Assembly (NCBI GenBank): GCA_963710605.1
Contig: CAVQBA010000006.1
Span: 448,001-512,000 of the forward strand
Length of the DNA stretch: 64,000 nt
Direction of reading: 5' to 3'
Origin: an uncultured cyanobacterium
GTDB lineage: Bacteria > Cyanobacteriota > Cyanobacteriia > Cyanobacteriales > Cyanobacteriaceae
Position 1 is the first letter of the stretch; each line of letters opens with the position of its first letter. The position numbers and the translations under genes were made by a program. Shown here piece after piece: positions 42,612-52,711 of the stretch. The notes below the pieces were generated by a model, which worked only from the letters and a program-made list of their open reading frames with translations, was not told where the DNA came from and did no database searches.

Positions 42612-44558
42612 ATGACTCAAACCACAAGACGTAATTTTTTACAATTTACAGGGGGAATAGCTAGTACTTTACTACTCAATCAGATTCTTCCCGCTCAAGC
42701 AAAAAATCAATTACTCAATAAAAATTATCTTGAAGGAGATGTCATTGATTTAAAAGTTGAAAAAATGAAGATCATGATCGACGATCGTCAAGGAAAAGCA
42801 ATAGTTCTTAATGAAAGTTTACCTGCTCCCACACTTCGTTTCCAACAAGGGCAAACAGCAATTATTAATGTTACCAATAATCTTCAAGAAGATACTTCAA
42901 TTCATTGGCATGGTTTAATTTTACCCAGCAATATGGATGGAGTGCCAGGAGTTAGTTTTAGAGGTATCAAACCAGGAGAAACCTTTACTTATAAGTTTGA
43001 TCTTAATCAAAGTGGTACGTATTGGTATCACAGTCATAGTAATATGCAAGAGCCATTGGGAATGTATGGTGCAATCATTATTGAGCCGATTCAACCTGAG
43101 TCTTTCCAATACGATCGAGACTACACAATTATTTTATCAGAATGGAGTTTTGAACATCCCCATCAAATTCTCAGTAATCTTAAAAAAAGTCCTACCTACT
43201 ACAACTATCAAAGACGAACAGTTGCTAACTTAGCCGAAGATTGGGATTGGAAACAAATGCGGATGGATTTAGCTGATATAGCCGATGTCACAGGGGCAAC
43301 TTACAGCTATTTGATTAACGGTAAAACCAGCGACAAAAATTGAACCGGTATTTTCCAACCTGGTGAAAAAATTCGTTTAAGATTCATTAACGCTTCAGCG
43401 ATGACGTTTTTTGATTTACGTATTCCCGGCTTAAAAATGACTGTCGTACAAGCAGACGGACAAAATATTCAACCTGTATCGGTGGATGAATTTAGGATTG
43501 GGGTAGCAGAAACCTATGATGTAATCGTCGAACCAACTACCGAAGAAGCTTATACTATCTTTGCCGAAACAATGGATAGAAGTGGTTATGCTCGTGGTAC
43601 ATTAGCAGTAAAAGAAGGATTACAAGCGGCAATTCCCCCCCGTAGAGAACGCCCTTTACGTACTATGGCAGATATGGGAATGGATCACGATAATCATGGT
43701 GAGCATAATAACCATACCAAATCTTCAGACAAAAATAATCAAAATAAAGATAATATGTCGGAGATGAATCATGAAAATCATGATGGGCATAACATGGAGA
43801 AGATGAACCAGAATAATTCTCATGATGGACATAATATGGAGAAGATGAACCAGAATAATTCTCATGATGGGCATAATATGGAGAAGATGAACCAGAATAA
43901 TTCTCATGATGGGCATAACATGGAGAAGATGAACCAGAATAATTCTCATGATGGACATAATATGGAGAATATGAACCAGAATAATTCTCATGATGGACAT
44001 AATATGTCTAATGTCAAAGATAAATTAGACTTTAGTTGGCAACCTCATGGAGATATTGATCATGGTTTAGGTAATGCTACTAATCCCATGATGGTCAAAA
44101 ATCGTCTGAATGAACCGGGAATTGGTTTAGAATCTGCTCCTCATCGTGTGTTAGTTTATACTGATTTAAAAGGTGTGAATAAGGTAAATAGACGCAAAAT
44201 CGATCGAGAGATTGAACTACATTTAACAGGTAATATGGAACGTTATATGTGGTCATTTGATGGTAAAAAATACTCTCAAGAAAAAGAAATTAAGTTTTAT
44301 TATGGAGAGCGATTAAGACTTACTTTTGTCAATGATACAATGATGGAACATCCAATTCATTTACATGGAATGTGGATGGAATTAGTCAATGGTAATGGTG
44401 ACTATCAACCTCGTAAACATACCATTATTGTTAAACCAGCCGAAAAACTTTCCACCGAAATTGACGTAGATGCCAAAGGTAAATGGGCTTTTCATTGTCA
44501 TTTAATGTATCACATGGATACTGGTATGTATCGCACCATTAATGTAGTTAATAGCTAA
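42612..44558 (+). CDS. copA: Copper-resistance multicopper oxidase (CopA/PcoA type); in-frame TGA at 43341 (probably TGG)
   Basis: Tat RRNFL, HWHG, WYHSH, HPIHLHG, HCHLMYHM; N*TG where NWTG is expected. Confidence 0.92.
43779..44006 (+). repeat. 42-bp coding tandem repeat (HDGHNMEKMNQNNS), five full copies plus a partial
   Basis: Units start at 43779, 43821, 43863, 43905, 43947, 43989. Confidence 0.95.
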
Positions 44559-44631
44559 TTTAATTAGCGGTTATCTTTTTTCGTCCGAGTATTTTTTGCC
44601 TTAACTAATTTTGCCTTAACTAATTTTTTTC

Positions 44632-45555
44632 ATGTCTATTTTTAATCGTTTAATTAAAATTTCTACTACTAGTTTTTTATTATTATCTAGTGTGATTATT
44701 AGTAATAATGTTAGCCAAGCTGAAGAAGTTGATTCTAATTATTATCAAAAATCGATCGATATTCACTCTTTTGAGTTAGAGAATCAAAACCAAAATAAAA
44801 ATCAATTTTTAGAAAGTTTTACCCTTGAGCAATCCAATCAAACAATAAATGATTTAATATTTTCTCGATCGGAAATTGAATTAGAAGAAGATTTTGGTGA
44901 GCCTATTCATGATAGTCAAATTTTTTATTATTTATTATTTGAGCAATTAGAATATCAAGTTAATGACAACGAAAATATTTTCAATTGGGATATTACAGGT
45001 TGGGTAGGAGGAGATTATCAAAAACTTTGGCTCAAAAGCGAAGGTGATGTCAGTCTTGATGATGGTAATGGAGAAGCAGAATTACAGCTATTATATGGTA
45101 AACAAATTACTCCTTTTTTCGATTTACAAACTGGATTAAGATATGATCAATTATATGGTGATGAGGGGAATGCTAGAGGTTTTGCTGTTATCGGTGTACA
45201 AGGATTAGCACCCTATTTTTTAGAAATAGATACTTCATTGTTTGTTAGTCATCAAGGTGATATTTCGGCTCGTTTTGAAGTGGAATCTGAATTTTTATTA
45301 TCACAAAAAGCGGTTTTACAACCTTCTCTTGAGACTAATTTTGCGATTCAAGAAGTAGAAAAATTTGGTGTTGGTAGTGGTTTTAATGATTTAGAATTAG
45401 GTTTAAGATTACGTTACGAAATTACTAGAGATTTTGCTCCTTATATAGGTATTAGTTGGGAAAAATTATTTGGTAAAACTGCTAAATTTGCCGAAGAAGA
45501 AGGCGAAAGTAGTGATGATTTAAAATTCGTAACGGGGGTGGGATTATTGTTTTAA
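44632..45555 (+). CDS. copB: Copper resistance outer membrane protein CopB/PcoB
   Basis: GWVGGDYQKLWLKSEG, QGLAPY, GLRLRYEI..FAPYIG, terminal F. Confidence 0.92.
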   Translation: MSIFNRLIKISTTSFLLLSSVIISNNVSQAEEVDSNYYQKSIDIHSFELENQNQNKNQFLESFTLEQSNQTINDLIFSRSEIELEEDFGEPIHDSQIFYYLLFEQLEYQVNDNENIFNWDITGWVGGDYQKLWLKSEGDVSLDDGNGEAELQLLYGKQITPFFDLQTGLRYDQLYGDEGNARGFAVIGVQGLAPYFLEIDTSLFVSHQGDISARFEVESEFLLSQKAVLQPSLETNFAIQEVEKFGVGSGFNDLELGLRLRYEITRDFAPYIGISWEKLFGKTAKFAEEEGESSDDLKFVTGVGLLF

Positions 45556-45833
45556 TTACTATTAAATATAGTAAATTGTCAAGTTATTATATTTATTTAA
45601 GCGTAAAAAATAGATAATTACAGTTTTATCAAAAAACTACTTAATTAATAACGTTACGTCTAACTAATGAATAAAAAAGATGAAACTTTACAGAACATAA
45701 TTATGAAATAAAAATTAAATAAAAATATATTAATAGACATTAATATATTTTTCAAAACAGATTAATAAACTATTTTTTGCGATTAATATTTAAGTTATAA
45801 AAAGTAGAATAACCGACTATAAAGCTAAATAAA

Positions 45834-46637
45834 ATGAAACAAACAGCGATCGAACAGGCAAAGAATACAACAGTAAAATTATACAGAATGTCAACTCCAG
45901 AAAATGAATGTCCTTGGGGTATTAAAGCAGTTAATTTATTTGCAGAAAAAGGAATCGAATTTGAAGATTATAAATTAAAATCACCAGCAGAAATTGAAGA
46001 TTTTAAACAAAAACACGGGGTAAAAACTACACCACAAATATTTTTTGGTGATGAAAGAATTGGTGGCTATACAGATTTAGCAGACAAGTTTGGCGTAGAA
46101 GTAGAAGAAGCTGAATATTCTTATACTCCTGTTATTGCCGTTTTTTCCTCCGCCGGTTTGATGGCATTAGCCACTAGTCTGGGGTTAACAGGATTTATGG
46201 GTTTTTCGCTTTCGGTGTTAGCAACCTTAAAACTGATGGATATTGAATCATTTGCTGAAAGTTTTACTAAATATGATTTAATTACTCAAAAAGTTAGACC
46301 ATATGCTAAAGTATATCCTTTTGTAGAAAGTGCGATCGCTTTAGGTTTGCTTTCTGGTATTGCCCCATTAGCTACAGGTATCACCTCTTTATTTGTTGGT
46401 GTTACTGGTGGTATTTCAGTTTTAAAAGCAGTTTATGTCGATAAATTAGCCCTTAATTGTGCTTGTGTCGGCGGAAATACTAAAACACCTTTAGGTATCA
46501 TTAGTTTTAGCGAAAATGCAATTATGGCGGTGATGGGTGCAGTACTTATTTTCAATACTGTTACTTCCGAAAGTGAATCAGCCAAACTCAAAGAAATTGA
46601 ACCAACTACAATTGTTAAAATACAAGAATCAAAATAA
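45834..46637 (+). CDS. Glutaredoxin-like plus MauE/DoxX membrane protein
   Basis: ECPWG, TTPQIF, IGGYTDL, CACVGG. Confidence 0.82.
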   Translation: MKQTAIEQAKNTTVKLYRMSTPENECPWGIKAVNLFAEKGIEFEDYKLKSPAEIEDFKQKHGVKTTPQIFFGDERIGGYTDLADKFGVEVEEAEYSYTPVIAVFSSAGLMALATSLGLTGFMGFSLSVLATLKLMDIESFAESFTKYDLITQKVRPYAKVYPFVESAIALGLLSGIAPLATGITSLFVGVTGGISVLKAVYVDKLALNCACVGGNTKTPLGIISFSENAIMAVMGAVLIFNTVTSESESAKLKEIEPTTIVKIQESK

Positions 46638-46811
46638 ACCAACCATCAAAAATATAGCCTTTATGCCCATAATAGCTTAATAGCTCGTAGTAAAAACATT
46701 AGCCGTTGCAGGATACCTATCTTCTTATAATTAAAAGACTAATTTCATTCAAATTGCCTATTTTTTTGTCACTCTAAAATAATAAATATTGAATCTTTTT
46801 TGGAATTACTT

Positions 46812-47378
46812 ATGTTTAAATTTAATCGAAACAGTCTGATTAGTGCGACAGCGTTTATTGTTGCTATTATTATCGGATTTTGCTTGAGTACGAATAATTC
46901 GGTGGTGGCTCAAACTCTCTATAATCAAGAAAATAATCAGACTTTACCTTTAGCCTCAGTCTGGGATAAACCGTCAACAACTTCTTATAATGGAAACACA
47001 AAAATGACAGTTTATCGTAGCCCAAATTGTGGCTGTTGTGGTGGTTGGATTACTCATTTAAAAAAACATGGTTTTGAAATTACCGACATCAAAACAGAAG
47101 ATATGGAAACTGTTAAACAAAACAATAACCTTCCTGAAGAATTAGCTTCTTGTCATACTGCCGTTATTGATGGTTACGTTTTTGAAGGGCATATTCCCGC
47201 TGATGATATTAAACGTTTTTTAACCCAGAAACCTGAAAATCTCAACGGTTTAACAGTACCTGCAATGCCAATTGGCACACCGGGAATGGAATCTGATGAG
47301 ACGAAGCAACCTTTTGCTGTAGTAGCTTTTGATAATCAGGGTAAAACTGAAGTATTTAATAGCTATGAAAAGTATTAA
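46812..47378 (+). CDS. DUF411 (CopG-like) metal-binding protein
   Basis: SPNCGCCGGW, SCHTA, EGHIP, MPIGTPGM. Confidence 0.9.
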   Translation: MFKFNRNSLISATAFIVAIIIGFCLSTNNSVVAQTLYNQENNQTLPLASVWDKPSTTSYNGNTKMTVYRSPNCGCCGGWITHLKKHGFEITDIKTEDMETVKQNNNLPEELASCHTAVIDGYVFEGHIPADDIKRFLTQKPENLNGLTVPAMPIGTPGMESDETKQPFAVVAFDNQGKTEVFNSYEKY

Positions 47379-47656
47379 TTATTGAGTTAATTAATATGTT
47401 TTGATATTCTGTTTTATGAAAATTGAAATTAGTTAATTAAAAAGTAAAAAATAATACATTATGTTAATAAATAAAATCGTTAAGAAACAAACTCCTATTC
47501 TCTTAAAATAATGACCGAAAGCCTGTAAATTAACCTCTGCGTCTTCTGCGTCCTCTGCGGTTTAAAACATAGACGATAAAGATTTTAACCAACTCATTTT
47601 TTCGATCGAACTAAACAATCAATTTGAGCAAAAAAACATTTTGGTTTTATAAATAA

Positions 47657-48358
47657 ATGCGAATTTTATTAGTTGAAGACGAACCAGATTTAGGTAAAGC
47701 AATCAAACGCACCCTCAATCAAAATAACTATATTGTCGATTGGGTAGTTGATGGTAATCAAGCATGGAATTATCTAGAAGACTCTTATGTAGAATATAGT
47801 TTGGCTATTTTTGATTGGTTATTGCCTCATTTATCAGGGATTGATTTACTTAAACGTTTAAGAAAACAAAACAATCCTTTACCTGTATTGATGCTAACGG
47901 CAAAAGATAGTATGGCAGATAAAGTAGTTGGCTTAGATGCAGGTGCAGATGACTATTTAGTCAAGCCTTTTGGGATGGCTGAATTACTAGCGAGGTTGAG
48001 AGCATTACAAAGACGATCGCCTCAATTGCAACCTCAACAACTTACAGTAGGGAATCTGGAGTTAGATTATCGTAATAATAGGGTTAAATGTACCGAAAAA
48101 TCAGGACAAATAAAAATTATTCCTCTCACGAGTAAAGAGTTTCAGTTATTAGAATATTTCATGCGACATCCTAACCAAATTTTAACCAGAGATCAACTTT
48201 TAGAGCGATTATGGGAATTAGGTACAGAAACTATCAGTAATGTAGTCGCCGCTCAAATGCGATTGTTACGCAAAAAATTATCAGAATATGGTTGTGAGCA
48301 TCTGATTGAAACTATATATGGTTTAGGTTATCGTTTATTGGTTAATGAAACAAAATAA
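47657..48358 (+). CDS. OmpR-family response regulator (CopR/RppA type)
   Basis: MRILLVEDE, FDWLLP, SNVVAAQMRLLR. Confidence 0.9.
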   Translation: MRILLVEDEPDLGKAIKRTLNQNNYIVDWVVDGNQAWNYLEDSYVEYSLAIFDWLLPHLSGIDLLKRLRKQNNPLPVLMLTAKDSMADKVVGLDAGADDYLVKPFGMAELLARLRALQRRSPQLQPQQLTVGNLELDYRNNRVKCTEKSGQIKIIPLTSKEFQLLEYFMRHPNQILTRDQLLERLWELGTETISNVVAAQMRLLRKKLSEYGCEHLIETIYGLGYRLLVNETK

Positions 48359-49691
48359 ATTATTTAATCAGACAAGGTGGCGATTAGCTAAATGGTATGC
48401 AGTTATTTTTAGTTTGATTTTGGGTATATCTGCTTTAGCTGTTTATGAAGCGATTGCTCATGCTCATAAAATAACTCTTAATCAAGAATTAGAAACTGTT
48501 GGTGCTACGATTCATGATAGTTTAGAACCAATTTTACTACAACCAGAAACTCTTAATCATAAAGTAGTTGATATTTTACCTAATCTGTGTTTAATTGCGG
48601 ACAACTGTTTTAATAATCATCATAATCGTAATTTGATTGGTGCGATCGCTAATGGTCAATATTATTTACAATTTTTTGATTTATCGCAAAACTTATTAGC
48701 TGTAGCGGGTATCAAACCAGAAGGATTATCGATCGAATATAGTTCAGAATCATTAAAAACAATTCAAGATAGTCAAGGTATTCGTTATCGTCAAATATCA
48801 CTGGAATTACATACTCAAGACGATCGAATTTGGGGTTATTTACACATCGGTAAAAGTTTACGAGATTTTGATATTTATGTTGCTAATGTTAAATGGGTTT
48901 TGTTACTCACATTACCTGTATTGATTATCGGGATTATGTTTGCGAGTTGGTGGTTAGCAGGATTTGCCATACAACCTATATACCAGTCTTACCAACAAAT
49001 ACAACAGTTTAGTGCCGATGTTGCCCACGAATTAAGAACGCCTCTAGCCGCTATTCAGGCAACAATTGAGTCTTCTATGATGTTATCTACTTTAAGCGAA
49101 AAAGAAGGTAGAGAAGTTTTAGGCACTATTAAACGGCAAAACCAACGTCTTTCTTCTTTAGTTGCTGATTTATTAATGCTTTGTCGGATGGAGAGACAAT
49201 TAGATCAAAATTATCAGTTTTTAAGTAAACCAGTTATTCTTAATGATTTAATTAATGATCTCGCTGAAGAATTTGCCGCTTTAGCCAAAACCGAGAGTAT
49301 TAGTTTGATTTCGCAAATAAAGGTTAATCAGCCATTAAAAGTAATGGGGAATGAAGAACAATTGTATCGTCTGGTAACTAATTTAGTAATTAATGCGATT
49401 CAGCATACTTTAAAAGAAGGTAAAGTAACTTTAGTTTTAAAGCAGGAGAATCACAAAGCTTTAATTGAGATTATTGATACGGGAGTTGGAATTGCTGAGG
49501 ATGAACAAAATAAGATATTCGATCGTTTTTATCGAGTAAATAAAGCACGCTCAAGGGATAAAGGTGGTTCGGGTTTGGGTTTAGCGATTGCGAAAACGAT
49601 CGTTCTCAATCATGGTGGTAAAATCGAAGTTGGCAGTAAATTAAATCAAGGAAGTACTTTTACTATTTACTTACCCACAATTTTAAAATAA
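48345..49691 (+). CDS. Sensor histidine kinase (CopS/RppB type)
   Basis: LFNQTRWRLAKWYA, HELRTPL, GGSGLGL; overlaps the regulator. Confidence 0.9.
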   Translation: MKQNKLFNQTRWRLAKWYAVIFSLILGISALAVYEAIAHAHKITLNQELETVGATIHDSLEPILLQPETLNHKVVDILPNLCLIADNCFNNHHNRNLIGAIANGQYYLQFFDLSQNLLAVAGIKPEGLSIEYSSESLKTIQDSQGIRYRQISLELHTQDDRIWGYLHIGKSLRDFDIYVANVKWVLLLTLPVLIIGIMFASWWLAGFAIQPIYQSYQQIQQFSADVAHELRTPLAAIQATIESSMMLSTLSEKEGREVLGTIKRQNQRLSSLVADLLMLCRMERQLDQNYQFLSKPVILNDLINDLAEEFAALAKTESISLISQIKVNQPLKVMGNEEQLYRLVTNLVINAIQHTLKEGKVTLVLKQENHKALIEIIDTGVGIAEDEQNKIFDRFYRVNKARSRDKGGSGLGLAIAKTIVLNHGGKIEVGSKLNQGSTFTIYLPTILK

Positions 49692-49812
49692 GTCAATTAG
49701 AACAATAACTCTCAATTCTTTCTTCAGATATCCCAAATTCATCATTAATTATCTGAATAGAAAAAAATGGACATCGTTTAAATATTGTCCACTTTCCTCC
49801 AGAAATTGTATT

Positions 49813-51018
49813 TTAATTAGAAGGATTTAGCATAATCAATTGTTTTTTAATTAACGATCGTACTTCGTCTAAACTAAAATCAACCTTAGCTAAAATATCA
49901 TCTACCTTTAATTGTTCATTTTCGTTACCATCACAATGACGCATAAATGTCAACTCTCGATCGTTAATTACCACAGGTTTAAATTGATAATCTAATAAAT
50001 TTTTGCTTTCCCAGCCAAACAAACAAGGATTTAACTCAGGCATAGCTGTTTTAAGTAAATTATCATCCTGCCAATCTTGTTTAACTAAAGGTGGTTTAGC
50101 GAGGAAAAACTCATAATGAGTGATATTTTCAGGATCTAAAACTTCAATTAAACGGTAACGTTGTTTTTCACTTAAATCATTTGCTCTTGCCATCAAATCA
50201 GGATTATCACCAATTAATCTCTCGATTTGCCAAATATCAGGGTTAGAAAAACCAACAAATTCCAACCCAGAATGTTTAATAAAATCAAACAGTGTCTCGA
50301 CATTATAATCTGTTTCGCAGGGATGAACGTACATATCAGCAAAACTTTCGTCTCTTTTGTTTTCCCATTCCCAACGCTCTTTTTCTCGTTTAACTAAACG
50401 ATTATTTTCTGGTAAACAAGCAAATACATCTCTACCTACTTTCACGCCATCAACGTAATCGCCTTGTTTTTCTCCTTGCAAGAGTGCGATCGCATTTTGC
50501 ATTAATTGTATTTCCCATCTACCTAATTCACCATAAACAAAAATGTGCATAATGCCACCCTCTGCCAATTTTTCGGCTAAGGCTTTAATTCCTGCATTAG
50601 GATCAGGTAAGTGATGTAGTACGCCTACACAATTAATTAAATCAAAAGTACCGTCTAATTCCACAGCAGTTTCTAAAGGCATTTGCTTGAAGGTAATACT
50701 CCCCTTAAACTGTTCTAGGATACCTGACTTTTTAATTCTTTTTTGGGCAGTTTCTAAGGCTTTTTCGCTAATATCGATCGCAATTATTTCGGCAGTTGGA
50801 TTATGTAACATCAAATATTCAGTACCCGAACCTGTACCACAACCTGCATCTAAAATACGTAGCTTTTCTGGATTAGGTTTGATACCTGTACAAAAATTAT
50901 ACGCTGACTGATAATGCCAACGCCAATTATAACCACCCGGTGGCTCATCCATTAAAGGATCTGGAGGGAATGGATATGTGTTATAAAGTTTTTGTACCGC
51001 TTCTCTGGTTTTAGGCAT
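49813..51018 (-). CDS. Class I SAM-dependent methyltransferase
   Basis: ILDAGCGTG, FDLINCVGVLHH. Confidence 0.9.
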   Translation of the reverse strand: MPKTREAVQKLYNTYPFPPDPLMDEPPGGYNWRWHYQSAYNFCTGIKPNPEKLRILDAGCGTGSGTEYLMLHNPTAEIIAIDISEKALETAQKRIKKSGILEQFKGSITFKQMPLETAVELDGTFDLINCVGVLHHLPDPNAGIKALAEKLAEGGIMHIFVYGELGRWEIQLMQNAIALLQGEKQGDYVDGVKVGRDVFACLPENNRLVKREKERWEWENKRDESFADMYVHPCETDYNVETLFDFIKHSGLEFVGFSNPDIWQIERLIGDNPDLMARANDLSEKQRYRLIEVLDPENITHYEFFLAKPPLVKQDWQDDNLLKTAMPELNPCLFGWESKNLLDYQFKPVVINDRELTFMRHCDGNENEQLKVDDILAKVDFSLDEVRSLIKKQLIMLNPSN

Positions 51019-51259
51019 TTATTATATATTTTGAGTTTTTTTGAATAATTTAATCATTAATTTTATCTTAGAACGTTCGTACGATCGAATCATTAAATTT
51101 GCTATCCCTGAAAAACTCGCCGAAGAAAAAGAAACTAAATTGGCTGTCCACTATTTAACAAATAAAGACATAGCGGTGTGCTACATCTTTATTAAAACTT
51201 AAAATACTAGCGATCGAACAGTAACGTAATGTTGTTAATTGTTAACTGTCAATTACTAA

Positions 51260-51757
51260 TTATTTACCGACTTTAGAAGCCATATCTTTAAATTTGTTTA
51301 AGCTACCACCGGGGCGACGACGAGCAGAAGCAACATTATTACTAACGTATTTACCAGCAAAGTTATTTTCTGTACCAGAAGAATTACCAATACCATTACC
51401 TGAGCCGTCAGAATAGTTTTTGATTGCTTTTACCCATTCTGGTGGATCATAATTTACAGGAGTCGGTGCTGGTGCTTCTGCTGGTTTAGCTTCTGTTTTG
51501 GTTGCTTTAGCTTTAGAATTATCTTTAGCTTTTGTTTTAGTTGCTTTAGCCTTAGAATTATCTTTAGCTTCTGTTTTGCTTGGTTTTACTTGTGAATCAT
51601 CATTGGTAAGAGTTTCAACTGATGTTGTTGGGGCTACAGGAGTTGGTACTTCGAGGGTTTCCGATTTTGATTCTTCTTTATCATCATCATCGTCGCTAAT
51701 TATTTCTAAAAAGTATTTTGGTAGTTTGTTTTTGTTAAAAAGTTTATCTAAAATCAT
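51260..51757 (-). CDS. apcG: ApcG-like phycobilisome linker
   Basis: N-terminal LDKLF...YFLEI and C-terminal RRRPGGSLNKFKDMA resemble Synechocystis Sll1873 from memory; disordered middle. Confidence 0.7.
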   Translation of the reverse strand: MILDKLFNKNKLPKYFLEIISDDDDDKEESKSETLEVPTPVAPTTSVETLTNDDSQVKPSKTEAKDNSKAKATKTKAKDNSKAKATKTEAKPAEAPAPTPVNYDPPEWVKAIKNYSDGSGNGIGNSSGTENNFAGKYVSNNVASARRRPGGSLNKFKDMASKVGK

Positions 51758-51983
51758 GTTTTCACCTTGGTATGTGTGGAACTATAAATTATTATTAAGA
51801 AATATTGAGACAAATTAATCACGATCGATCGTGTAGTGCCGAGCCTAAAGCTCGATCGTCTATTATCGACATATGATTAATATACCAGAAAATACTTCTG
51901 ATATAGAGTTTATTTGTTTTTTATTCTTTCATTTTTACCTTTAAAAAAATATTAAGTTTTTTGCTCTTCTAACTTAAATAAAG

Positions 51984-52001
51984 GTTACAAAAATTTACAA
52001 A
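51984..52001. promoter_or_regulatory. HLR1 (RpaB) site
   Basis: GTTACAAA-AA-TTTACAAA, exact consensus, upstream of the apcG-like gene. Confidence 0.7.
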
Positions 52002-52060
52002 TAAGATTACTTTTTTCGGATAGACAAATCATGCTTTATCTCTTTGTTATCGATTAATTC

Positions 52061-52705
52061 TCAACTATCAATTACTTTTAGATTAATATATTCAATTATT
52101 TGTTGATGTATTTCTTCGGTAGTTTTAGTTGCGTCGATTATTAATTTAGGATATTCATATTCTTGAATTATTTTTTGAAAATTATCACTAACTTGAATTA
52201 GTTTTTGATGTGTTTCGTAAACTTCTTTAACTGAGCGATTTTTAATTCTGTCTAAGGCAACATCAACGGGTATATCAAAATAAATTAACAAGTCTGGTGG
52301 CGGAAATTGCTGATTTAATAAACTGACAAATTGATATTCTTCTTTATTTTTAGCGTTATAAGCCAAAGAAGAAAAATAGTATCTAGTCGTGATAACGTGA
52401 GTACGATCGTTAATTATTTTTTGGACTCCATCAATTTTATTATAAAGGTGATGATGACGATCGGCGGCAAATAAATAAGCCATTTGCTGATCAAATAGTT
52501 CTTGCGTAGCAAAGTCTTTTTGCTCGCTTAAAAAATCTCTTAATAACTTACCTATCTTACCTGAAGAAGGTTCGGGGCTAAGAACAGCTTGTTGTTTATT
52601 TTCAACAAAATATTGATATAATAATTCAGCTTGAGTTGAAGAGCCAGAACCATCAATACCTTCAAAAACAATAAAATATCCTTTCTTTTTGCTATTTTCA
52701 GTCAT
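52061..52705 (-). CDS. tmk: Thymidylate kinase
   Basis: FEGIDGSGSST, FAADR, RYYFSSLAY. Confidence 0.92.
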   Translation of the reverse strand: MTENSKKKGYFIVFEGIDGSGSSTQAELLYQYFVENKQQAVLSPEPSSGKIGKLLRDFLSEQKDFATQELFDQQMAYLFAADRHHHLYNKIDGVQKIINDRTHVITTRYYFSSLAYNAKNKEEYQFVSLLNQQFPPPDLLIYFDIPVDVALDRIKNRSVKEVYETHQKLIQVSDNFQKIIQEYEYPKLIIDATKTTEEIHQQIIEYINLKVIDS

Positions 52706-52711
52706 ATTAAA

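Noticed and set aside
43779-44006. Regular 42-bp repeats as a CRISPR array
   Set aside because: No unique spacers; in-frame coding repeat inside copA; no cas genes
953-44558. pgi, ftsI, dnaK, porin, lanT and copA as pseudogenes, or TGA recoding / programmed frameshifts
   Set aside because: Lesions map to GATC or GGACC motifs, hit core genes and leave the rest of each gene undecayed; TGA is used as a normal stop elsewhere in the window
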